Positions 51,614 to 64,000 of a stretch of 64,000 bases of DNA are shown here, piece after piece. Origin of the DNA: the human T2T-CHM13v2.0 reference genome, Homo sapiens. The stretch lies in NCBI GenBank assembly GCA_009914755.4, contig CP086569.2, positions 54,848,001-54,912,000 on the forward strand, written 5' to 3'. The translations under genes were made by a program, and so were the position numbers. Under the pieces are notes generated by a model. That model was not told where the DNA came from. It worked only from the letters and a program-made list of their open reading frames with translations, and made no database searches. Position 1 is the first letter of the stretch. Every line of letters starts with the position of its first letter.

Positions 51614-54600
51614 TGGACTCGTTTGGAATGGTCTAGTATGCAATGCAATCGACTGGCAGGGAATCAAAAGGAATGTAATCGAATGGATTGGACTGGAATG
51701 CAATGGACTCGAATAGATTGGAAACGGAATGCAAAGGAATGGAATGGAATAGTATGGAATGGAATGGAAAGGAATGGAGTGGAATAGACTAGAGTGGAAT
51801 GGAATGGACTGGAAAGCAATGGACTGGAATGGAACTTTCTTGAATGGACTGGAATCAAACGGAATGGAATGCAATGCAATCAAATGTCATGGAATAAAAT
51901 AGAATGCAAGAGAATCAAATGGAATTGAATCGAATGGAATCGAATGGATTGGAAAGGAATAGAATGGAATGGAATGGAATTGACTCAAATGGAATGGACT
52001 AGAATGGAATGGATTCGAATGGAAGGCAAAGGAATGGAATCTATTGGAATGGACTGTAATGGAATGGAATGGAAGGGATTGGAATGGACTCGAATGGAAT
52101 GGACTGCAATAGAAAGGATTCGAATGGAATGAAAAAGAATTGAATGGAATAGAACAGAATGGAATCAAATCGAATGAAATGGAATGGAATAGAAAGGAAT
52201 GGAATGAAATGGAATGGAAAGGATTCGAATGGAATGCAATCGAATGGAATGCAATCGAATGGAATGGAATCGAACGGAATGGAATAAAATGGAAGAAAAC
52301 TGGCAAGAAATGGAATCGAAATGAATGGAGTGTTATGGAACGGACTCAAAAGGAATTGAATGTAATAGAATGGAGTGGAGTGGACTCGAATATAATGGAC
52401 TGGAATGGAATGAAATCACATGGAATGGGAACGAATGGAATGGAATGGAAAGGAATGGAATGGAATGGAAAGGAATCGAATGGAAGGGAATGAAATTGAA
52501 TCAACAGGAATGGAAGGGAGTAGAATAGACGGTAATGGAATGGACTCGAATAGAATGGACACGAATGCTCAAATTGAATGGACTCGAATGGAATGGAAAC
52601 GAAAGGAATGTCATCGAATGGAATTGAATCGATTGGAATGAAATCGCATAGAATGGAGTGGAATCAAATGGAATTGAATCGAAAGGAAAGGAAGCGAATG
52701 GACTGAAATGAAATGGAATGGAATTGAATGGAAAGTAATGCAATGGAATAGAATGGAACGAAATTTCACGGAATGGAATCAAACTGAATGGAATCAAATC
52801 AATGGAATATAATCAAATGGAATGGAAAGGAATTGAATGGAGTAGATTGGATTGGATGGGATTGGAATGAAACGTACTGGAAAGGACTCGAATTTCATGA
52901 AACGGAATGGAATGAATTGGAACGGAATGGACTCGAAAGGAATGGAATGACATGGAATGGCATCAAATGGAATGGCGTCAAATGGAATGGAATCAAATGC
53001 AATGGAATGCTATGGAATGGAATGGAATGCATTGGAATGGAATGTCCTCTAATGGAATGGATTCGAGTGGAATGGAATCGAATATAATGGAGTCGAATGA
53101 AATGGAATTGAAAGGAATGGGATCGAATAGAATGGAATATACTGGAATGTAATGTAATGAACACGAATGTAATTGACTGGAATGGAATGTACATGAATGG
53201 AATGTAATCGAATGGAAAGTAATCCAATGGAATAGAATGTAATGCAATAAAATCGACTCAAATAGAATAGAATGTAATGGAATGGAGTGCAGTGCAATGG
53301 AATGGAATGGAATGGAATGCAATGGAATGGAATGGAATGGAATGGAATGGGATGGAATGGTATGGAATGGATAGTAATGGACTGGAGTGAAATGGACTGG
53401 AAAGGACTGGACTCAAATTCAAAGGGCTCGAAAGGAAAGGAGTCAAATGGAATGGTCTGGAATGGAATGAACACGAATGTAATGCAATCCAATAGAATGG
53501 AATCGAATGGCATGGAATATAAAGAAATGGAATCGAAGAGAATGGAAACAAATGGAATGGAATTGAATGGAATGGGAATGAATGGAGTGAAATTGTATGC
53601 AGTAGAAGAGAATAGAATGCAATGGAAGCGAAAGGAAAGGAATGGATTGGAATGGAATGGAATTCATTGGAATGGAAGGGAATGTAGTGTAATGGACAGG
53701 CCTGGAATAAAGTGGAATGCTACGGTCTCGAATGGAATAAAAATGTATGGAATGGAATGCAGTGAAACGGAATCGAATGTCATAGAATGTAATGGAATGC
53801 AAAAAAATGGAATCCAAAATCATTGACTGGAAAGGCTGGGTGTCGAAAGGAATTGACTCCAATGGAATGGAATCTAAAGGAATGGAAGTGAATAGAATCG
53901 AACTAAATCGAATGGAATGGAATTGATAGGAACGGAATGGAAAGGAATGCAATGATTTGGCATGGAATGGAATCGAATGGCATCGAATGGAATGGAATGG
54001 AATGCAATGGAATGGAATGTATTAGAATGTAATGAACTTTAATGGAATGTACTCGAATGGATTCGACTGGAATGGAATGTTCTGGAAGTGAATGGACTCC
54101 AATGGAATGGATTCGAAAGGAATGGGACCGAACGGAATGGAATCTAATGGAATGGAATTAAATGGAAATGAATCAAATTGAATAGCACGGAATTGAATTG
54201 AATGGAATGGAATGCAATGGAATCTAATGAAACGGAAAGGAAAGGAATGGAATGGAATGGAATGGGCTGGAATGGAAAGGAATCGAAACGAATGGAATGG
54301 AATCGAACTGAAGAGACTGGAATGGAATGCACTGGAATGGAAGGGAGTGTAATGGAAGGTTCTGGAAAAAAATGGAATCGAATGGAATGGAATTGAATGG
54401 AAAGGAATAGAGTCGAATGGAATTCAATGGAATGGAATGGAATAGAGTGAAATGGAATCGAACCACAAGGAATGGACAGGAATAGAATGGTCTCGAATTG
54501 AATGGAATCGTATGGAATGGCATCAAACGGAATGGAATGGACAGCCACGGAATGGAATGCACTCCAATGCAATTGAGTCGAAACTAATGGACTGGAATAG

Positions 54601-55157
54601 AATGGACTCGACTGGTACGGACTCCAATGGAATGGAATCGAATGGAAGGGAATCGAACGGAATGGACTCGAAGGGAAAAGACTGCAATGGAAAGGTCTCG
54701 AATGGAATGGAAATTAATGGAATGGAATGGAATCGAATGAAATGGAGTCAAAAGGAATGGAATCGAATGGCAAGAAATGGAATGTAATGGAATCGCAAGG
54801 AATTGATGTGAACGGAACGGAATGGAATGGAATCCAAAGGAATGGAATAGAATGGAATGGAATCGAATGGAAAGGACTCGAATGGAAATCACTCGAATAG
54901 AATGCAATTTAATAAAATAGGATCAAATGTAATGGAATGGAATGGAAAGGAATCGAAACGAAAGGAATGGAGACAGATGGAATGGAATGGAACAGAGAGC
55001 AATGGTATAGAATGGAATGGAATCATCTGGAATGGAATTGAATGGAATGGAATAATATGAAATGGAATGGAATGGAATGGAATGCCCTTGAATTAAATGG
55101 ACTGGAATGGAATGGACTCGAACAGAGTGGAATGGAAAGTGTTGAAATAGAATGGAA
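51614..55157 (+). repeat. DYZ1 higher-order unit (3,544 bp)
   Basis: Marker-to-marker period. Confidence 0.85.
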
Positions 55158-58100
55158 TGGACTCGTTTGGAATGGTCTAGTATGCAATGCAATCGACTGG
55201 CAGGGAATCAAAAGGAATGTAATCGAATGTATTGGACTGGAATGCAATGGACTCGAATAGATTGGAAACGGAAAGCAAAGGAATGGAATGGAATAGTATG
55301 GAATGGAATGGAAAGGAATGGAGTGGAATAGACTAGAGTGGAATGGAATGGACTCGAAAGCAATGGACTGGAATGGAACTTTCTTGAATGGACTGGAATC
55401 AAACAGAATGGAATGCAATGCAATCAAATGTCATGGAATAAAATAGAATGCAAGAGAATCAAATGGAATTGAATCGAATGGAATCGAATGGATTGGAAAG
55501 GAATAGAATGGAATGGAATGGAATTGACTCAAATGGAATGGACTAGAATGGAATGGATTCGAATGGAAGGCAAAGGAATGGAATCTATTGGAATGGACTG
55601 TAATGGAATGGAATGGAAGGGATTGGAATGGACTCGAATGGAATGGACTGCAATAGAAAGGATTCGAATGGAATGAAAAAGAATTGAATGGAATAGAACA
55701 GAATGGAATCAAATCGAATGAAATGGAATGGAATAGAAAGGAATGGAATGAAATGGAATGGAAAGGATTCGAATGGAATGCAATCGAATGGAATGCAATC
55801 GAATGGAATGGAATCGAACGGAATGGAATAAAATGGAAGAAAACTGGCAAGAAATGGAATCGAAATGAATGGAGTGTTATGGAACGGACTCAAAAGGAAT
55901 TGAATGTAATAGAATGGAGTGGAGTGGACTCGAATATAATGGACTGGAATGGAATGAAATCACATGGAATGGGAACGAATGGAATGGAATGGAAAGGAAT
56001 GGAATGGAACGGAAAGGAATCGAATGGAAGGGAATGAAATTGAATCAACAGGAATGGAAGGGAGTAGAATAGACGGTAATAGAATGGACTCGAATAGAAT
56101 GGACACGAATGCTCAAATTGAATGGACTCGAATGGAATGGAAACGAAAGGAATGTCATCGAATGGAATTGAATCGATTGGAATGAAATCGCATAGAATGG
56201 AGTGGAATCAAATGGAATTGAATCGAAAGGAAAGGAAGCGAATGGACTGAAATGAAATGGAATGGAATTGAATGGAAAGTAATGCAATGGAATAGAATGG
56301 AACGAAATTTCACGGAATGGAATCAAACTGAATGGAATCAAATCAATGGAATATAATCAAATGGAATGGAAAGGAATTGAATGGAGTAGATTGGATTGGA
56401 TGGGATTGGAATGAAATGTACTGGAAAGGACTCGAATTTCATGAAACGGAATGGAATGAATTGGAACGGAATGGACTCGAAAGGAATGGAATGACATGGA
56501 ATGGCATCAAATGGAATGGCATCAAACGGAATGGAATCAAATGCAATGGAATGCTATGGAATGGAATGGAATGCATTGGAATGGAATGTCCTCTAATGGA
56601 ATGGATTCGAGTGGAATGGAATCGAATATAATGGAGTCGAATGAAATGGAATTGAAAGGAATGGGATCGAATAGAATGGAATATACTGGAATGTAATGTA
56701 ATGAACACGAATGTAATTGACTGGAATGGAATGTACATGAATGGAATGTAATCGAATGGAAAGTAATCCAATGGAATAGAATATAATGCAATAAAATCGA
56801 CTCAAATAGAATAGAATGTAATGGAATGGAGTGCAGTGCAATGGAATGGAATGGAATGGAATGCAATGGAATGGAATGGAATGGAATGGAATGGGATGGA
56901 ATGGTATGGAATGGATAGTAATGGACTGGAGTGAAATGGACTGGAAAGGACTGGACTCAAATTGAAAGGGCTCGAAAGGAAAGGAGTCAAATGGAATGGT
57001 CTGGAATGGAATGAACACGAATGTAATGCAATCCAATAGAATGGAATCGAAAGGCATGGAATATAAAGAAATGGAATCGAAGAGAATGGAAACAAATGGA
57101 ATGGAATTGAATGGAATGGGAATGAATGGAGTGAAATTGTATGCAGTAGAAGAGAATAGAATGGAATGCAAGCGAAAGGAAAGGAATGGATTGGAATGGA
57201 ATGGAATTCATTGGAATGGAAGGGAATGTAGTGTAATGGACAGGCCTGGAATAAAGTGGAATGCTACGGTCTCGAATGGAATAAAAATGTATGGAATGGA
57301 ATGCAGTGAAACGGAATCGAATGTCATAGAATGTAATGGAATGCAAAAAAATGGAATCCAAAATCATTGACTGGAAAGGCTGGGTGTCGAAAGGAATTGA
57401 CTCCAATGGAATGGAATCTAAAGGAATGGAAGTGAATAGAATCGAACTAAATCGAATGGAATGGAATTGATAGGAACGGAATGGAAAGGAATGCAATGAT
57501 TTGGCATGGAATGGAATCGAATGGCATCGAATGGAATGGAATGGAATGCAATGGAATGGAATGTATTACAATGTAATGAACTTTAATGGAATGTACTCGA
57601 ATGGATTCGACTGGAATGGAATGTTCTGGAAGTGAATGGACTCCAATGGAATGGATTCGAAAGGAATGAGACCGAACGGAATGGAATCTAACGGAATGGA
57701 ATTAAATGGAAATGAATCAAATTGAATAGCACGGAATTGAATTGAATGGAATCGAATGCAATGGAATCTAATGAAACGGAAAGGAAAGGAATGGAATGGA
57801 ATGGAATGGGCTGGAATGGAATGGAATCGAAACGAATGGAATGGAATCGAACTGAAGAGACTGGAATGGAATGCACTGGAATGGAAGGGAGTGTAATGGA
57901 AGGTTCTGGAAAAAAATGGAATCGAATGGAATGGAATTGAATGGAAAGGAATAGAGTCGAATGGAATTCAATGGAATGGAATGGAATAGAGTGAAATGGA
58001 ATCGAACCACAAGGAATGGACAGGAATAGAATGGTCTCGAATTGAATGGAATCGTATGGAATGGCATCAAACGGAATGGAATGGACAGCCACGGAATGGA

Positions 58101-58701
58101 ATGCACTCCAATGCAATGGAGTCGAAACTAATGGACTGGAATAGAATGGCCTCGACTGGTACGGACTCCAATGGAATGGAATCGAATGGAAGGGAATTGA
58201 ACGGAATGGACTCGAAGGGAAAAGACTGCAATGGAAAGGTCTCGAATGGAATGGAAATTAATGGAATGGAATGGAATTGAATGAAATGGAGTCAAAAGGA
58301 ATGGAATCGAATGGCAAGAAATGGAATGTAATGGAATCGCAAGGAATTGATGTGAACGGAACGGAATGGAATGGAATCCAAAGGAATGGAATAGAATGGA
58401 ATGGAATCGAATGGAAAGGACTCGAATGGAAATCACTCGAATAGAATGCAATTTAATAAAATAGGATCAAATGTAATGGAATGGAATGGAAAGGAATAGA
58501 AACGAAAGGAATGGAGACAGATGGAATGGAATGGAACAGAGAGCAATGGTATAGAATGGAATGGAATCATCTGGAATGGAATTGAATGGAATGGAATAAT
58601 ATGAAATGGAATGGAATGGAATGGAATGCCCTTGAATTAAATGGACTGGAATGGAATGGACTCGAACAGAGTGGAATGGAAAGTGTTGAGATAGAATGGA
58701 A
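55158..58701 (+). repeat. DYZ1 higher-order unit (3,544 bp)
   Basis: Marker-to-marker period. Confidence 0.85.
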
Positions 58702-61700
58702 TGGACTCCTTTGGAATGGTCTAGTATGCAATGCAATCGACTGGCAGGGAATCAAAAGGAATGTAACCGAATGGATTGGACTGGAATGCAATGGACTCGA
58801 ATAGATTGGAAACGGAATGCAAAGGAATGGAATGGAATAGTATGGAATGGAATGGAAAGGAATGGAGTGGAATAGACTAGAGTGGAATGGAATGGACTCG
58901 AAAGCAATGGACTGGAATGGAAGTTTCTTGAATGGACTGGAATCAAACGGAATGGAATGCAATGCAATCAAATGTCATGGAATAAAATAGAATGCAAGAG
59001 AATCAAATGGAATTGAATCGAATGGAATCGAATGGATTGGAAAGGAATAGAATGGAATGGAATGGAATTGACTCAAATGGAATGGACTAGAATGGAATGG
59101 ATTCGAATGGAAGGCAAAGGAATGGAATCTATTGGAATGGAGTGTAATGGAATGGAATGGAAGGGATTGGAATGGACTCGAATGGAATGGACTGCAATAG
59201 AAAGGATTCGAATGGAATGAAAAAGAATTGAATGGAATAGAACAGAATGGATTCAAATCGAATGAAATGGTATGGAATAGAAAGGAATGGAATGAAATGG
59301 AATGGAAACGATTCGAATGGAATGCAATCGAATGGAATGCAATCGAATGGAATGGAATCGAACGGAATGGAATAAAATGGAAGAAAACTGGCAAGAAATG
59401 GAATCGAAATGAATGGAGTGTTATGGAACGGACTCAAAAGGAATTGAATGTAATAGAATGGAGTGGAGTGGACTCGAATATAATGGACTGGAATGGAATG
59501 AAATCACATGGAATGGGAACGAATGGAATGGAATGGAAAGGAATGGAATCGAATGGAAAGGAATCGAATGGAAGGGAATGGAATTGAATCAACAGGAATG
59601 GAAGGGAATAGAATAGACGGTAATGGAATGGACTCGAATAGAATGGACACGAATGCTCAAATTGAATGGACGCGAATGGAATGGAAACGAAAGGAACGTC
59701 ATCGAATGGAATTGAATCGATTGGAATGAAATCGCATAGAATGGAGTGGAATCAAATGGAATTGAATCGAAAGGAAAGGAAGCGAATGGACTGAAATGAA
59801 ATGGAATGGAATTGAATGGAAAGTAATGCAATGGAATAGAATGGAACGAAATTTCACGGAATGGAATCAAACTGAATGGAATCAAATCAATGGAATATAA
59901 TCAAATGGAATGGAAAGGAATTGAATGGAGTAGATTGGATTGGATGGGATTGGAATGAAATGGAATGGAAAGGACTCGAATTTCATGAAACGGAATGGAA
60001 TGAATTGGAACGGAATGGACTCGAATGGAATGGAATGTCATGGAATGGCAACAAATGGAATGGCATCAAATGGAATGGAATCGAATGCAATGGAATGCTA
60101 TGGAGTGGAATGGAATGCGTTGGAATGGAATGTCCTCTAATGGAATGGATTCGAGTGGAATGGAATCGAATATAATGGAGTCGAATGAAACGGAATTGAA
60201 AGGAATGGGATCGAATACAATGGAATATACTGGAATGTAATGTAATGAACTCGAATGTAATTGACTGGAATGGAATGTACATGAATGGAATGTAATCGAA
60301 TGGAAAGTAATCCAGTGGAATACAGTCTAATGCAATAAAATCGACTCAAATAGAATAGAATGTAATGGACTGGAGTGCAGTGCAATGGAATGGAATGGAA
60401 TGGAATGCAATGGAATGGAATGGAATGGGATGGAATGGTATGGAATGGATAGTAATGGACTGGAGTGAAATGGACTTGAAAGGAATGGACTCAAATTGAA
60501 AGGGCTCGAAAGGAATGGAGTCAAATGGAATGGTCTGGAATGGAATGAACACGAATGTAATGCAATCCAATAGAATGGAATCGAATGGCATGGAATATAA
60601 AGAAATGGAATCGAAGAGAATGGAAACAAATGGAATGGAATTGAATGGAATGGAATTGAATGGAATGGGAACGAATGGAGTGAAATTGTATGCAGTAGAA
60701 GGGAATAGAATGGAATGCAAGCGAAAGGAAAGGAATGGATTGGAATGGAATGGAATTCATTGGAATGGAAGGGAATGTAGTGTAATGGACAGGCCTGGAA
60801 TAAAGTGGAATGCTACGGTCTCGAATGGAATAAAAATGTATGGAATGGAATGCAATGAAACGGAATCGAATGTCATAGAATGTAATGGAATGCAAAAAAA
60901 TGGAATCCAAAATCATTGACTGGAAAGGCTGGGTGTCGAAAGGAATTGACTCCAATGGAATGGAATCGAATGGAATGGAAGTGAATAGAATCGAACTAAA
61001 TCGAATGGAATGGAATTGATAGGAACGGAATGGAAAGGAATGCAATGATTTGGCATGGAATGGAATCGAATGGCATCGAATGGAATGGAATGGAATGCAA
61101 TGGAATGGAATGTATTAGAATGTAATGAACTTTAATGGAATGTACTCGAATGGATTCGACTGGAATGGAATGTTCTGGAAGTGAATGGACTCCAATGGAA
61201 TGGATTCGAAAGGAATGGAATCTAATGGAATGGAATTAAATGGAAATGAATCAAATTGAATAGAACGGAATTGAATTGAATGGAATCGAATGCAATGGAA
61301 TCTAATGAAACGGAAAGGAAAGGAATGGAATGGATTGGAATGGAATGGGCTTGAATGGAATGGAATCGAAACGAATGGAATGGTATCGAACTGAAGAGAC
61401 TGGAATGGAATGCACTGGAATGGAAGGGAATGTAATGGAAGGTTCTCAAGAAAAATGGAATCGAAAGGAATGGAATTGAATGGAACGGAATAGAGTCGAA
61501 TGGAATTCAATGGAATGGAATGGACTAGAGTGAAATGGAATCGAACCACAAGGAATGGACAGGAATAGAATGGTCTCGAATTGAATTGAATCGTATGGAA
61601 TGGCATCAAACGGAATGGAATGGACAGCCACGGAATGGAATGCACTCGAATGCAATGGAGTCGACACTAACGGACTGGAATAGAATGGACTCGACTGGTA

Positions 61701-62240
61701 CGGACTCCAATGGAATGGAATCGAATGGAAGGGTATCGAACGGAATGGACTCGAAGGGAAAAGACTGCAATGGAAAGGTCTCGAATGGAATGGAAATTAA
61801 TGGAATGGAATGGAATCGAATGAAATGGAGTCAAAAGGAATGGAATCGAATGGCAAGAAATCGAATGTAATGGAATCGCAAGGAATTGAAGTGAACGGAA
61901 CGGAATGGAATGGAATCCAAAGGAATGGAATAGAATGGAATGGAATCGAATGGAAAGGACTCGAATGGAAATCACTCGAATAGAATGCAATTTAATAAAA
62001 TAGGATCAAATGTAATGGAATGGAATGGAAAGGAATCGAAACGAAAGGAATGGAGACAGATGGAATGGAATGGAACAGAGAGCAATGGTATAGAATGGAA
62101 TGGAATCATCTGGAATGGAATTGAATGGAATGGAATAATATGAAATGGAATGGAATGGAATGGAATGCCCTTGAATTAAATGGACTGGAATGGAATGGAC
62201 TCGAACAGAGTGGAATGGAAAGTGTTGAAATAGAATGGAA
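58702..62240 (+). repeat. DYZ1 higher-order unit (3,539 bp; 5-bp pentamer indel near 59,55x)
   Basis: Marker-to-marker period. Confidence 0.85.
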
Positions 62241-64000
62241 TGGACTCGTTTGGAATGGTCTAGTATGCAATGCAATCGACTGGCAGGGAATCAAAAGGAA
62301 TGTAATCGAATGGATTGGACTGGAATGCAATGGACTCGAATATATTGGAAACGGAATGCAAAGGAATGGAATGGAATAGTATGGAATGGAATGGAAAGGA
62401 ATGGAGTGGAATAGACTAGAGTGGAATGGAATGGACTCAAAAGCAATGGACTGGAATGGAACTTTCTTGAATTGACTGGAATCAAACGGAATGCAATGCA
62501 ATGCAATCAAGTGGCATGGAATAAAATAGAATGAAAGAGAATCAAACGGAATTGAATCGAATGGAATCGAATGGATTGGAAAGGAATAGAATGGAATGGA
62601 ATGGAATTGACTCAAATGGAATGGACTAGAATGGAATGGATTCGAATGGAAGGCAAAGGAATGGAATCTATTGGAATGGACTGTAATGGAATGGAATGGA
62701 AGGGATTGGAATGGACTCGAATGGAATGGACTGCAATAGAAAGGATTCGAATGGAATGAAAAAGAATTGAATGGAATAGAACAGAATGGAATCAAATCGA
62801 ATGAAATGGAATGGAATAGAAAGGAATGGAATGAAATGGAATGGAAAGGATTCGAATGGAATGCAATCGAATGGAATGGAATCGAACGGAATGGAATAAA
62901 ATGGAAGAAAACTGGCAAGAAATGGAATCGAAATGAATGGAGTGTTATGGAACGGACTCAAAAGGAATTGAATGTAATAGAATGGAGTGGAGTGGACTCG
63001 AATATAATGGACTGGAATGGAATGAAATCACATGGAATGGGAACGAATGGAATGGAATGGAAAGGAATGGAATCGAATGGAAAGGAATCGAATGGAAGGG
63101 AATGAAATTGAATCAACAGGAATGGAAGGGAATAGAATAGACGGTAATGGAATGGACTCGAATAGAATGGACACGAATGCTCAAATTGAATGGACTCGAA
63201 TGGAATGGAAACGAAAGGAATGTCATCGAATGGAATTGAATCGATTGGAATGAAATCGCATAGAATGGAGTGGAATCAAATGGAATTGAATCGAAAGGAA
63301 AGGAAGCGAATGGACTGAAATGAAATGGAATGGAATTGAATGGAAAGTAATGCAATGGAATAGAATGGAACGAAATTTCACGGAATGGAATCAAACTGAA
63401 TGGAATCAAATCAATGGAATCAAATCAAATGGAATGGAAAGGAATTGAATGGAGTAGATTGGATTGGATGGGATTGGAATGAAATGTACTGGAAAGGACT
63501 CGAATTTCATGAAACGGAATGGAATGAATTGGAACGGAATGGACTCGAATGGAATGGAATGTCATGGAATGGCATCAAATGGAATGGCATCAAATGGAAT
63601 GGAATCGAATGCAATGGAATGCTATGGAATGGAATGGAATGCATTGGAATGGAATGTCCTCTAATGGAATGGATTCGAGTGGAATGGAATCGAATATAAT
63701 GGAGTCGAATGAAATGGAATTGAAAGGAATGGGATCGAATACAATGGAATATACTGGAATGTAATGTAATGAACTCGAATGTAATTGACTGGAATGGAAT
63801 GTACATGAATGGAATGTAATCGAATGGAAAGTAATCCAATGGAATAGAATCTAATGCAATAAAATCGACTCAGATAGAGTAGAATGTAATGGAATGGAGT
63901 GCAGTGCAATGGAATGGAATGGAATGGAATGCAATGGAATGGAATGGAATGGAATGGAATGGAATGGAATGGAATGGGAAGGGATGGAATGGTATGGAAT
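62241..64000 (+). repeat. DYZ1 higher-order unit, partial (runs off the window end)
   Basis: Marker at 62,241; the content is collinear with the previous units. Confidence 0.8.

Larger units (their letters stand above)
49539..64000 (+). repeat. DYZ1: DYZ1-type HSat3 array: degenerate (GGAAT)n with GGAAT on the + strand, organised as a 3,544-bp higher-order repeat; one rearranged 2,075-bp junction unit, three full units and one partial
   Basis: Pentamer 'ggaat'/'tggaa' dominates. Unit-specific non-pentameric markers recur with period 3544, 3544, 3539: 'tggactcgtttggaatggtctagtatgcaatgcaatcgactggcagg' at 51,614, 55,158, 58,702 and 62,241, and 'ggacaggcctggaataaag' at 53,699, 57,243 and 60,792. 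Repeating ORF-track artefacts show the same period (51944, 55488, 59032, 62571). This matches the published ~3.56-kb DYZ1 unit built from pentamers. Confidence 0.85.

Noticed and set aside
49589-63909. Many long ORFs in the DYZ1 part, up to 270 aa. On the + strand they are 'MEWNGMEWN...' type, and on the - strand 'HSIPFHSIPF...' type.
   Set aside because: The GGAAT/ATTCC pentamer has no stop codon in several frames and supplies ATG from 'ggaATGg'. The ORFs are therefore compositional artefacts of the satellite.

Overview
No bona fide protein-coding gene, RNA gene, prokaryotic-style operon, CRISPR array or defence/biosynthetic system is present; every ORF in the six-frame track is a repeat artefact. 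The window is human constitutive heterochromatin made of two abutting satellite arrays. The supportable novelty is in the array architecture.

(1) Positions 1-49,538 are a tandem array of 20 complete plus 1 truncated copies of a ~2.42-kb unit, with periods of 2,413-2,420 bp falling to 2,386-2,390 bp in the last three full units. Each unit consists of:
- a ~570-bp non-repetitive segment;
- a ~1.56-kb extremely AT-rich low-complexity segment;
- one antisense, 5'-truncated AluS/J-like element.
This is the architecture of the male-specific satellite I family DYZ2 (HSat1B), a 2.47-kb unit with one Alu per repeat.

(2) Positions 49,539-64,000 are degenerate (GGAAT)n satellite III with GGAAT on the + strand. 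It is organised in a 3,544-bp higher-order repeat with periods of 3,544, 3,544 and 3,539 bp and one HaeIII site per unit. That matches the Y-specific ~3.56-kb DYZ1 repeat. The window is therefore best explained as a DYZ2-to-DYZ1 block boundary of Yq12.

Points worth a second look:
- the base-pair-resolved junction with no spacer;
- a junction-proximal DYZ1 unit shortened to 2,075 bp by two ~0.7-kb deletions inside pure pentamer runs;
- locally homogenised DYZ2 subfamily blocks;
- elevated divergence of the array-edge units;
- a 33-bp deletion shared by two adjacent units;
- Alu-internal features that date the founder unit.
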